Assembly: GCA_902557965.1 (NCBI GenBank)
Contig: CACECK010000003.1
Span: 13,326 to 77,325 of the forward strand
Origin: an uncultured SAR86 cluster bacterium
GTDB lineage: Bacteria > Pseudomonadota > Gammaproteobacteria > Magnimaribacterales > D2472
Length of the DNA: 64,000 bases
Direction of reading: 5' to 3'
The position numbers were made by a program, and so were the translations under genes. Within the stretch, counting starts at the first letter, position 1; each line of letters starts with the position of its first letter. Positions 18,395-27,472 of this stretch are shown here, one piece after another. A model generated the notes under the pieces. That model had not been told where the DNA came from. It did no database searches and worked only from the letters and a program-made list of their open reading frames with translations.

Positions 18395-19612
18395 ATGCAC
18401 ATTTATCGAATAAATTTTTTATTTTTAATGCTTTTTGCTACATCTAATGTATTTGCTGCCTATTATCCAACTAGTTCGTGGGAAATTTCTTCTCCATCAG
18501 ATCAACAAGTACGCACAGATAATGTAGATGCGTTAGTTAATTTAGCTTTCCTTGATGATTCTACGCAAGCGGTTGTTGTCATTAAAAATGGAAAAATTAT
18601 TTCAGAAAAATATGCAGAAGGATATGACAAAAACTCACATGGAACTTCATGGTCAATGGCTAAAAGTTATTATGCAGCCTTAATTGGTATATCAATAGAT
18701 AGAGGTGAAATAGGTGGCCTGGATGATAAGGTTGGCGACTATCTAACTTATTTTAATGATGAAAGATCAGAAATAACAATAAGAGATCTTCTAGATATGT
18801 CTAGCGGACTTGATTTTCCAAAAGATGAGCATGAAACAATGTTCTTTCAAGAAGATCATTTGAAATATGCAATGGGTGTAGGTGTAGAAAAATCTGCAGG
18901 ACTTAAGTTTGAATATAATAATGTTAATTCTATGCTGCTTGGAGACATTCTCATTGCTACCACAGGCAAAAAAGCAGATGAATTATTAAAAGAAAGAATT
19001 TTAGATCCTATCGGTGTTACAGATTACAAGCTATGGAAGGATGAAAATGGAAATGTTCTTACATACTGTTGTGTTGACATGTCAGCAAGGGATTACTCAA
19101 AAATTGGATTATTATTTTCAAGAAATGGAAATTGGGATGGCAAGCAATTAATTTCAAAACAATATATCGATGAGACCTTTCAGGTTGTGTGGGATATAAC
19201 ACCAGAAAGATTCACAACACTAAAGAGAGGTTATTCATTACATTGGTGGGTATCTGCATACGAAGATGACTTTAAAATTTTTAATACAAGCGGAAAATTT
19301 GGGCAATACACATTTGTTGATAGAGAAAATGACATTGTTGTTACAAAAATCACCAAATACAATCAACAAGATTCAGGAGATGTTCAGAAATGGGGAATCA
19401 TGAAGTACCTAAGATGGGCTGGAGTTGAAAATGCAATCAGATTAGGAAGAGTTTTAATTGAAAACGGAGCTGTTGAATCTGGATCGGATGTCATAACACC
19501 ATTCACTGATGAAGAGGGCGAATCTAAAGAATTTAATACGCGATATGGAGACTTTATTGGCGCAATAGAGAACTTAAGTTGTAATTGTTATCCACTCGAG
19601 ACTTTTAATTAA
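18395..19612 (+). CDS. Serine hydrolase, beta-lactamase/class C esterase family (NylB-like)
   Basis: Signal peptide, SxxK (SMAK), YNN, LLDMSSGL, SGKFGQ. Confidence 0.88.
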   Translation: MHIYRINFLFLMLFATSNVFAAYYPTSSWEISSPSDQQVRTDNVDALVNLAFLDDSTQAVVVIKNGKIISEKYAEGYDKNSHGTSWSMAKSYYAALIGISIDRGEIGGLDDKVGDYLTYFNDERSEITIRDLLDMSSGLDFPKDEHETMFFQEDHLKYAMGVGVEKSAGLKFEYNNVNSMLLGDILIATTGKKADELLKERILDPIGVTDYKLWKDENGNVLTYCCVDMSARDYSKIGLLFSRNGNWDGKQLISKQYIDETFQVVWDITPERFTTLKRGYSLHWWVSAYEDDFKIFNTSGKFGQYTFVDRENDIVVTKITKYNQQDSGDVQKWGIMKYLRWAGVENAIRLGRVLIENGAVESGSDVITPFTDEEGESKEFNTRYGDFIGAIENLSCNCYPLETFN

Positions 19613-19788
19613 GAGCTATTAATTTTTTTTAGAAAAGCATCTTTGTTTTTTGCCCATTCTTCAAAATAATAGCCGTCATTACCTTGCTTATTTAAATATT
19701 TTATAAAGAACCTACCATTTTCATCTTGATATCCTTCATGAAACGGTTTGCCAGTATCTTTATTTATCCTTTTATATCTAACATCCAT
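19609..19788 (-). CDS. Small hypothetical protein, 59 aa (not in the ORF track)
   Basis: MDVRYKRINKDTGKPFHEGYQDENGRFFIKYLNKQGNDGYYFEEWAKNKDAFLKKINSS*; fills the gap exactly, starting 3 nt after the SLC13 stop. Confidence 0.75.
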   Translation of the reverse strand: MDVRYKRINKDTGKPFHEGYQDENGRFFIKYLNKQGNDGYYFEEWAKNKDAFLKKINSS

Positions 19789-19791
19789 TAA

Positions 19792-21558
19792 TTAGGTCCA
19801 GACAAAAAGAATCATAGGTATTGATGCTAGTATAATTAACACATCCATTGGTAATCCCATTCGCCAATAATCAGTAAATTTATAATTACCAGGACCCATT
19901 ACAACAGTATTACATTGATGGCCTATAGGAGTTAAGAATGCGCAACTAGCTCCTACTGCAACTACCATCAAGAATGGTTCGATTGCATAACCAAGCTCCA
20001 AGGCAATACCCGTTGATATAGGCGCCATAATAACCGCGGTAGCTGCATTATTAATAATGTCAGTTGTAATCATAGTCACAATCAATATTATTAACAAAAT
20101 CCAAAATAAACTAAGATCTGATGCATATAGTGATATTGAAGTAGCTATTAAATTGCTGACACCTGTTGTTTGAAGGGCTGTGCCTATGGGTATCATCGCA
20201 GCTAACATAACTATTATTGGCCAATCGATTTTCCTATAAAAATCGCTATCAATAATCTTTATACGTGCAAATGCAAGAACACATAATAAAAATGCTACGG
20301 CTGCGCTCAAATAATTAAAGGATACTAAAAATATTGATAGTAGAAAAAAAACTATTCCTTTTAACAATCTACTTCTACTTGGTATGGTTTGAAGTTCTCT
20401 TTGTCTTAATGGCATTAGACCAAGGTGCTTAATTTTATTTGAAACATCTTCCTCAGCTAGGTCTCTTACTCCTAATAGCAAAACATCTCCAGCTCTAAAA
20501 GTTTCTCTTGTTAATCTGGTTCTATATTTTGAACCCTTTCTCCATAGACCTAAGAGGTTCAATTCTTCAAAAGCTAGCTTTAAAAAAAATTCATATTTTC
20601 TTCCAATTAATCTTGAACCTGGCGTAATCATGACTTCTATTTCCTCAAGATCATCATCATCAAAAGAATGAAGTTCTTTTGGTATTGAAAAATCAAAAAT
20701 GTCTAAAATGTTACCTATCTCATCTGGAGGAGTTTTGATTACTAGTATTTGACCAGCTTTAATTCTCATATTATTTTGGACTTTCCTAACAGATCCACTC
20801 TCTGATACGATTCCGAGGATTTCCGTGTCTTCACCAGCTTGTTTTTTAAAAGCATATAAAGTCATTCCAATTGATGAACTCTCATCGTTTACTAGAACTT
20901 CAAATAAATAGCCTTTAAGATCAATAAGATGCTCACCAGATGGGATTTCTTTTCTTAAGAAAATTAATTTATTTCCAATTAAAGCAATAAACAAAATACA
21001 AATAATTGTTATTACAAGTCCAACATAAGAAAAGTCAAAAAAATTAAATCCCGTATCAGAAATCGTTGCCTTATATTCCGAAATAATAATATTTGGTGGA
21101 GTCCCTATGGCGGTATTCATTCCTCCTAAAATACATGCAAAAGCCAAAGGCATTAAAAACTTTGATGGATGCCATTCCATTTTTTGACAAATATTTAATG
21201 TTATTGGCAACAAAATTGCTAAAGCACCAATATTATTTATAAATGAGGATAGTAATGCTGCGATAAACAATAGAGAAACCATAAATTGAATCTCAGTAAA
21301 TTCTCTACCTCCAATTAATTTTCCTACCAGACCAGCAATACCAGAATTACTCAAGCCTTGACTAATAATTAGAACAAGTGCAACTGTGATAACTGCTGGA
21401 TGAGCAAACCCAGTAAAAGCTTGATTAGCGGGTATGATATCTAAAACTACTAGTACAAATAATGCTCCAATTGCTAAAGCATCATACCTAACTTTACCCC
21501 AAATAAATAAGCCCAAAAGAGCTATTAATGTAAGAGATAATAGATATTGATCGCTCAT
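19792..21558 (-). CDS. SLC13/DASS-family permease with TrkA-C domains
   Basis: SSFINNIG, IGTPPNII, IINNAAT, FLTPIGHQCN..VMGPGNYKFTDY. Confidence 0.92.
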   Translation of the reverse strand: MSDQYLLSLTLIALLGLFIWGKVRYDALAIGALFVLVVLDIIPANQAFTGFAHPAVITVALVLIISQGLSNSGIAGLVGKLIGGREFTEIQFMVSLLFIAALLSSFINNIGALAILLPITLNICQKMEWHPSKFLMPLAFACILGGMNTAIGTPPNIIISEYKATISDTGFNFFDFSYVGLVITIICILFIALIGNKLIFLRKEIPSGEHLIDLKGYLFEVLVNDESSSIGMTLYAFKKQAGEDTEILGIVSESGSVRKVQNNMRIKAGQILVIKTPPDEIGNILDIFDFSIPKELHSFDDDDLEEIEVMITPGSRLIGRKYEFFLKLAFEELNLLGLWRKGSKYRTRLTRETFRAGDVLLLGVRDLAEEDVSNKIKHLGLMPLRQRELQTIPSRSRLLKGIVFFLLSIFLVSFNYLSAAVAFLLCVLAFARIKIIDSDFYRKIDWPIIVMLAAMIPIGTALQTTGVSNLIATSISLYASDLSLFWILLIILIVTMITTDIINNAATAVIMAPISTGIALELGYAIEPFLMVVAVGASCAFLTPIGHQCNTVVMGPGNYKFTDYWRMGLPMDVLIILASIPMILFVWT

Positions 21559-21569
21559 TTAGCACCTAA

Positions 21570-22655
21570 TTATTTAGGCATTGATTCAACATATAAAGAG
21601 GTTGAAGGGTAGGCAAACTCAGAACCATTTTCTTTAACAATATTCATAATATTAAATACAAGATTCTCTTTTACTTCATTAAATGCTGCAAAGCCGATAG
21701 GATCTGCATATGCAACAATCATTAAATCAATTGAACTCCCGCCAAGTTCAACAACTCTAACAACAGGATCTAAATCATCATCAGTTACAAAGTCATTGGA
21801 TTTAATAATGTAATCTTTGATTTGATTTCTAATAGACTCTAGCTGATCAACAGATGTTGAATAAACTAGATTGATTTTCCAATTCAACCTTCTATTAATC
21901 ATTTCTCCATGATTAATAACTTTCACATCTGACAAATCTTTATTTGGTATAACCATTGGCGCAGTATCAAAAGTTCTTATAACAGTTGACCTAAAACCTA
22001 TGTTCTCAACAATTCCATGCAGCTGACCACTAACTTCGATTCTGTCACCTGGCTGAAACCTGTGCTCACCAATAATCAAGATACCTGAAATTAAATTTTT
22101 GAAAAAATCCTGTGCCCCAAGAGCAACAGCAACGGAAAATAAGCCAAGCCCTGCAACCAAAGGACCAATCTGAATTCCAAATATATCTAAAATAATCGCT
22201 ATACCGATTACCCAGACAATAAATTTTGATGCTCTTTCAAGCCACATTTGCATTGAAGCAGTAAGCCATGAACTGGTTGAAAGTGCTTCAAAAACTGGCT
22301 TTACCGCATTAGCAAGTGCGCTGAATATAGTAAAAATTACAAATGCTTTGACAATGTTAGTTGCTATATCCCCAATTAAACCTGATAAAGGCAATATTAA
22401 AGTACAAATATATAAAGCTACGGTTATTGGGATCAAACCAATTGGTTTTCTAAGAGCATTTAAAATTTCATCATCAACATTTGATTCAGTGCTGTCAGCC
22501 AATTTGCCTAAAGCATTTAAAACAACGGATATTATAAAACCTCTAAATAGAAGTGCAGTGAGTATAACTAATAAGGATGAAATTATTGAGCCAAGATCAA
22601 TCCCAAGAAATCCTGTTGACCAAACATCTGATAATAAATCTAAAAAATCTTTCAT
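21570..22655 (-). CDS. Small-conductance mechanosensitive channel family
   Basis: AGLGLFSVAVALGAQD, FQPGDRI, IGFRST, FAYPSTSLY. Confidence 0.93.
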   Translation of the reverse strand: MKDFLDLLSDVWSTGFLGIDLGSIISSLLVILTALLFRGFIISVVLNALGKLADSTESNVDDEILNALRKPIGLIPITVALYICTLILPLSGLIGDIATNIVKAFVIFTIFSALANAVKPVFEALSTSSWLTASMQMWLERASKFIVWVIGIAIILDIFGIQIGPLVAGLGLFSVAVALGAQDFFKNLISGILIIGEHRFQPGDRIEVSGQLHGIVENIGFRSTVIRTFDTAPMVIPNKDLSDVKVINHGEMINRRLNWKINLVYSTSVDQLESIRNQIKDYIIKSNDFVTDDDLDPVVRVVELGGSSIDLMIVAYADPIGFAAFNEVKENLVFNIMNIVKENGSEFAYPSTSLYVESMPK

Positions 22656-22715
22656 AATATATTCCCGATTAAGTATATTTTAAGGCGATTTAGTCTATGA
22701 AATCAAAACTATATC

Positions 22716-23417
22716 TTATTTAGCAACTCTATCTTTAATAAAATACGGTAGATATATCAAATAAAAAAGCGCAATTGCAATAGGAGTAGTAACTAAAAGA
22801 TGATAGGGCGGTTCTGGAAACACATCCATTAATGATGCACCAGCTGGTTTTGACATCAGATACCAGAAGTTAGCAGGCTCACCAAGTAAAAGATTTATTA
22901 CATAAACGATTGGTAGAAGAACTAATGCTGTAATAAGTGCAACAGTAGCAATATCTTTTGCATAAGGTCTGTTACCAAGCGTTACAGTTGCATACATTAT
23001 TCCAACAATTATCATTCCGTGACCAACCATAAAAAAAATATAGTCTAGATCATGATGACTAATATCTGGAGTAAGGATTGCCATTGTTGCCCCACCAAGA
23101 CCCCAAAAAAATGCACAAATGTACAATATTCTTGGACCACCAAGCAAAAACCAAATCAAGAAAATTTCTGATAAATCACACATATGAAGAGGAATTGTTT
23201 CTCTCCAGTCATATGGATTAGCTAATAGATATAAATCTTTGTAGGGTGAAATGATTACATGAGCAGCAATAACACCAGCAATAATTTTTTTCATCATCGA
23301 AATCTGGTGATCAGATTTATTTTTATAAAATTTAGGTAAAAAAATAGAAGTAATAATAACTACAGCAATGGTAATTAAGTGAACTGTACCAAATAATTCA
23401 AATGGTGTTCCGAACAT
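22716..23417 (-). CDS. YwaF/TIGR02206-family integral membrane protein
   Basis: FGTVH, PLHMCD, LTPD, ANFWYL..KP...SLMD. Confidence 0.85.
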   Translation of the reverse strand: MFGTPFELFGTVHLITIAVVIITSIFLPKFYKNKSDHQISMMKKIIAGVIAAHVIISPYKDLYLLANPYDWRETIPLHMCDLSEIFLIWFLLGGPRILYICAFFWGLGGATMAILTPDISHHDLDYIFFMVGHGMIIVGIMYATVTLGNRPYAKDIATVALITALVLLPIVYVINLLLGEPANFWYLMSKPAGASLMDVFPEPPYHLLVTTPIAIALFYLIYLPYFIKDRVAK

Positions 23418-23464
23418 GTTTAAATCCCTATTAATTTATTACCCAATATTGATTATATTATTTT

Positions 23465-25450
23465 TTATGAGTTGTTGAAACTATCCAATAAGATTTGCTC
23501 AGTTAGAATTGCTGGCAAAATTTTTGATTCATTCATTCCTGGTTTCCAGAAAATATAAAGCGGTACTCCATTCCTCTTGTATAACTCTAAAGCTAAAAGT
23601 ATCTCTTTGTCTTTATTTGTCCAGTCAGCAACCACGTATTCAATATTATTTGTTTTAAGATAATTCTTTATAGAAGGTCTAGATATGGCAATCTTGTCAT
23701 TTGCTTGGCAAGTTATGCACCAAGCAGCTGTAAAATTAATCAAATATGCCTGCTTGTCTTTCTTAAATCTTTCCTCAATATCACTTTCCCATAAAACATA
23801 ATCTGCATTATCTTGAGAAACTTGTGATTCTTGCACTCTTGATTCAGATATAGAAAAACTTTTCAATTGATAAAACATTAACAAAATCGAAGACAAAAGT
23901 ATGATAACTTTTAAAACTCGATTAGATAGTTTTAGATAAATCCATATCAATAAGGAGATCAATAAAATTGTTATTAGCAAAGTAATAATATCATTAGGCC
24001 CTGTTTGCAGGCTAAATACCCACAGTAGCCATAACGCAGTAGCAAACATTGGAAAAGCAAAAAACTCTTTCAATGTAACCATCCAATTTCCAGGCTTTGG
24101 AAGATGGTTAACTAAACCTGGTGCGATTGATAAAATAAAATATGGTGAAGCAAATCCTACTCCTAAAGAGGCAAACACAGGAAGAGTAACACCTGATGGT
24201 TGTATTAATGCATAACCAAGGGCAGCACCCATAAAAGGTGCAGTGCAAGGCGATGCAACAATCACCGCTAAAACTCCTGTTAAAAAAGATCCTGTAATAC
24301 TATTACTAGAACCAACACCCCCATATCTAGTTAAAGATGATCCAATATTTATATCAGATAGAAGTATGATTCCTATAACAAACATTAAAATACATAAAGC
24401 ACCAACAATAAGAGGTGATTGGAGTTGGAATCCCCAGCCTAGATAAGCACCAGTTTGCTTCAGTAAAATCATTGCAAAACCAATAAGCAAGAAGGAGATT
24501 ATTACTCCAGCACAAAACGAGAGAGCATGAGCTCTAATCTTAGATGTTGATTGATTACTCATTGAAACAAAACTCAATACTTTCAGAGAAATTATTGGGA
24601 AAACACAAGGCATTAAATTCAAAATCAAGCCACCAATAAAAGCAAAGATTATCGCTTGAATAAAGTTAATATTTGAAGATGATGAAGAAGCATTATCAAT
24701 TTCTGCATCTATCATGAAGGCATCACCATTATCGAAAGCTAATACACCAGAGATATTATTTAACTGTTTTATATCTTGAAGCTTTTTTATCTTAAGCAGC
24801 CAATTATTTTCCTCTTTAACAAGTATCTGTTCTGCAGCATGCTCAACAATATCAGCATCATTTATGAAGAAAATAGCTGTACTTAACAAATCATTATTTG
24901 AAAATCTGATTTCAATATAGTTATTATCTATGGAAACTTTTGCTGGCAATGTTTGTGTTGGTACCATTGCAAACCAATGTTGAAGGTTTATATCAGTTAC
25001 TATTTCATCAATTGTAGTTTCGATGTAAGCTTTTTCAGGTACACAAATATCATCACATATTAGGAAATCAATATCTGCAGTTATAGGCGCATTAATAGTG
25101 CCTGAATTTTCAAACTTAAATGGAAAAATAACAAAATCTTTGTATCCATATGTCATAAGAGGATCATATGGAATTAAACTTGGAGTTGGCCAAAAAATCT
25201 CACTAATCGCTAAATCTTCTTCATGAGACCATTTAACTTTTATAGGGCCTCCTGAGTCACCAGGATTTTTCCAATAGGTATGCCAATTTTTTTGCATATC
25301 CATCTTTATGCCAATTAAATTTTGCTCAACCCCATTCTCAGAGAAGTTATATTTGACTAGGGAAACGTTTGCATGGCCTGTGTCAACCGATACTGCAAAA
25401 ACATTAAAGGATACAGATAATAAAAATAATAGTTTATAAAATTTCATCAT
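23465..25450 (-). CDS. dsbD: Thiol:disulfide interchange protein, DsbD/ScsB type
   Basis: WHTYWKNPGDSG, CDDIC, LNLMPCVFP, SPCTAPFMG, FTAAWCITC. Confidence 0.9.
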   Translation of the reverse strand: MMKFYKLLFLLSVSFNVFAVSVDTGHANVSLVKYNFSENGVEQNLIGIKMDMQKNWHTYWKNPGDSGGPIKVKWSHEEDLAISEIFWPTPSLIPYDPLMTYGYKDFVIFPFKFENSGTINAPITADIDFLICDDICVPEKAYIETTIDEIVTDINLQHWFAMVPTQTLPAKVSIDNNYIEIRFSNNDLLSTAIFFINDADIVEHAAEQILVKEENNWLLKIKKLQDIKQLNNISGVLAFDNGDAFMIDAEIDNASSSSSNINFIQAIIFAFIGGLILNLMPCVFPIISLKVLSFVSMSNQSTSKIRAHALSFCAGVIISFLLIGFAMILLKQTGAYLGWGFQLQSPLIVGALCILMFVIGIILLSDINIGSSLTRYGGVGSSNSITGSFLTGVLAVIVASPCTAPFMGAALGYALIQPSGVTLPVFASLGVGFASPYFILSIAPGLVNHLPKPGNWMVTLKEFFAFPMFATALWLLWVFSLQTGPNDIITLLITILLISLLIWIYLKLSNRVLKVIILLSSILLMFYQLKSFSISESRVQESQVSQDNADYVLWESDIEERFKKDKQAYLINFTAAWCITCQANDKIAISRPSIKNYLKTNNIEYVVADWTNKDKEILLALELYKRNGVPLYIFWKPGMNESKILPAILTEQILLDSFNNS

Positions 25451-25475
25451 ATGTATTTTAGCTTAGAAAGTATTA

Positions 25476-25494
25476 GGGGTGCATTATGCACCCC
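25476..25494 (-). terminator. Hairpin downstream of hsp20
   Basis: GGGGTGCA-TTA-TGCACCCC perfect 8-bp stem; weak U tract. Confidence 0.6.
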
Positions 25495-25511
25495 ATTACA
25501 CAATATATGGA

Positions 25512-25964
25512 TTATTTGTTTGAGATTCTTTTTGGTGATTTAATCTCAATCATTCTCGGTTTTTTTTCATCAGGAATTATTTTCTCTAAATTAACAGTCA
25601 ATAAACCATTAACAAGCTCAGCACCCTGAACAACCACATCTTCTGATAGTGTAAATTGTTGTTTGAATGCCCTTTGAGCGATTCCTTGATATACCACCTT
25701 ATGCTCACCATTGACCACTTCAGTATTAGGCCCATCATAGCTAATGGATAAAACTCCATCAGCAAGCTCTATTTGAATATCTTCCTTAGAAAGTCCAGCA
25801 ACCGCTATCTCAATTGAAAATAGATTGCCATCTTTACTAATATTATATGGTGGATAGCTTGAAGACCTTTCATTTGATTCTGAAAGTCTTTGCAATCTAT
25901 CAAAAAGTGGTTCAAATCCTAATACACGTGTTGTGAAAAATGGATCAGTAAAATTAAGTATCAT
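25512..25964 (-). CDS. ibpA: Small heat-shock protein (Hsp20, IbpA-like)
   Basis: GFEPLFDRL, SYPPYNI, YQGIAQRAF, NGLL, PDEKKPRMIEI. Confidence 0.93.
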   Translation of the reverse strand: MILNFTDPFFTTRVLGFEPLFDRLQRLSESNERSSSYPPYNISKDGNLFSIEIAVAGLSKEDIQIELADGVLSISYDGPNTEVVNGEHKVVYQGIAQRAFKQQFTLSEDVVVQGAELVNGLLTVNLEKIIPDEKKPRMIEIKSPKRISNK

Positions 25965-26050
25965 AATAGTCCTCCTTTTAAGCGACTAAAAATTGTGCAT
26001 CTTTATAGACTACACTAGTTAAATGGAAATCCTTTATGGCATTTCCTTAT
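25965..26050 (-). promoter_or_regulatory. ROSE-like RNA thermometer in the hsp20 5' UTR
   Basis: Three hairpins; the last (UAGUCGCU-UAAAAG-GAGGACUA) pairs a UCGCU motif with bulged G against the AGGA SD. Confidence 0.75.
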
Positions 26051-26057
26051 AGTTAAA

Positions 26058-26083
26058 ATATGGGCTGTTATGTTAATTTCAAC
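26058..26083 (-). promoter_or_regulatory. sigma32 (RpoH) promoter of hsp20
   Basis: Minus strand GTTGAA-N12-GCCCATAT. Confidence 0.7.
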
Positions 26084-26152
26084 CTTTATTTTTAGATCTA
26101 TATAAAATAAGCTTATAAAAGAACTTTAATCTATTTAAACTGTCAAAAGAAT

Positions 26153-26566
26153 ATGAAAAATAATTTTAAAATTTTACCTTTCTCATTGATTATATTTTTT
26201 ATCGCTTTCAATTTGAACGCTACTGAAAAGAAAACAATTGAGCAGGGTCAAACCTGGTCGTTGATAAAAAAAAGTAATAAATTGTCACCACATAACTCAA
26301 AGGTTTTATATTTTTTCTTAAACGATGCGTATAGCACGTATCAGGCAAGGAGATTTAATGATTGGACTGAATTTTCTATAACCGATGGCAGGAACCTGGT
26401 TAGATTAAACAAAGGAGATAGAATAAAAATTGTTAAATCTAAGCACCAAAATAGAATTTTTGAGGTTGAATTATTGGATGGGTTTGAAAAAAATAGAAAA
26501 TATTTTGTTATCAAGGAAGATCTTATTTCTGACTATATATTAGTGGAGGTATCAAATGAATCATAA
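26153..26566 (+). CDS. Exported hypothetical protein
   Basis: Signal peptide (..FNLNA|TE), basic SH3-like segment RLNKGDRIKIV; overlaps the next gene. Confidence 0.7.
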   Translation: MKNNFKILPFSLIIFFIAFNLNATEKKTIEQGQTWSLIKKSNKLSPHNSKVLYFFLNDAYSTYQARRFNDWTEFSITDGRNLVRLNKGDRIKIVKSKHQNRIFEVELLDGFEKNRKYFVIKEDLISDYILVEVSNES

Positions 26567-27014
26567 TGTATTAATTGTTTCTTTGTCACTTTTTGTTTTT
26601 TCATGTTCTAACATGTCGCTAGCCCCTGAAGTGGTTAGAAAATCAGATGCACAAAAACAACAATATGTAACAATCGGAACAATAATAGATGTTACAAATG
26701 TAGTTATTGAAGGAGACCGAGAAGCTGGCTCTGCAGCTGGCGCAGTAATTGGTGCAGCAACTGGAAAAAATGTAACTGAATCTGAACCTGAATCAGATAT
26801 TGCAGCAATCATCGGCGGCCTAGTTGGATCTGCGGTTGGGGCCGAGATTGGATCAAAGTTAACAAAAAAAGATGGTGTTGAATTGCTTATTGAAACTAAT
26901 GGAGGTCGAATGGTTTCAATTATTCAAGAGGTTGGGAAATACAACTATGCTCCTGATCAAAAAGTTAGAATTATAAAACGCAATGGCAAGTCAAGAGTTA
27001 TTCCTTTTGATTAA
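26556..27014 (+). CDS. Outer-membrane lipoprotein SlyB/Pcp (glycine zipper)
   Basis: Lipobox VFSC, GAVIGAATG...GGLVGSAVG zipper, GVELLI...SIIQ. Confidence 0.85.
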   Translation: MNHNVLIVSLSLFVFSCSNMSLAPEVVRKSDAQKQQYVTIGTIIDVTNVVIEGDREAGSAAGAVIGAATGKNVTESEPESDIAAIIGGLVGSAVGAEIGSKLTKKDGVELLIETNGGRMVSIIQEVGKYNYAPDQKVRIIKRNGKSRVIPFD

Positions 27015-27463
27015 TGAATGAAGAACTGTCATTAATTTATAATAAAGCCTTAGACATCTTATCGAGAAGAGAACATTCCTCAAAAGAATTAACTCAAAAA
27101 TTGATAAAAAAATTTGATAATGAAACGCTAATTCTTGAAGTTACTCATAAACTTATTGCAAACAATCTTTTAAATGATGCTAGATTTGCTGAGATGTATA
27201 CATTAGCAAGAAAAAAGAAAGGCTTCGGACCAAAAAAAATATTCTATGAACTATTAACAAAAGGATTGCTTGAAACAGATATAAATGTAGCGATAGATGA
27301 TGAAGGAGAATGGGACGCGGTTGCTAAAAAAGTTTTCAAAAAAAAGTTTCCTCATGGAAAGTCTGATGACATAAAAACAGCAATAAAACAAAAAAATTTT
27401 CTTATTAATAGAGGCTTTAGCTTTAAAGAAATTGAATCAGTTTTTGCTAATGACATGGTATGA
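27014..27463 (+). CDS. recX: Regulatory protein RecX
   Basis: ALDILSRREHS, LNDARFA, GPKKI, FLINRGF. Confidence 0.92.
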   Translation: MNEELSLIYNKALDILSRREHSSKELTQKLIKKFDNETLILEVTHKLIANNLLNDARFAEMYTLARKKKGFGPKKIFYELLTKGLLETDINVAIDDEGEWDAVAKKVFKKKFPHGKSDDIKTAIKQKNFLINRGFSFKEIESVFANDMV

Positions 27464-27472
27464 TTCTTTGCT

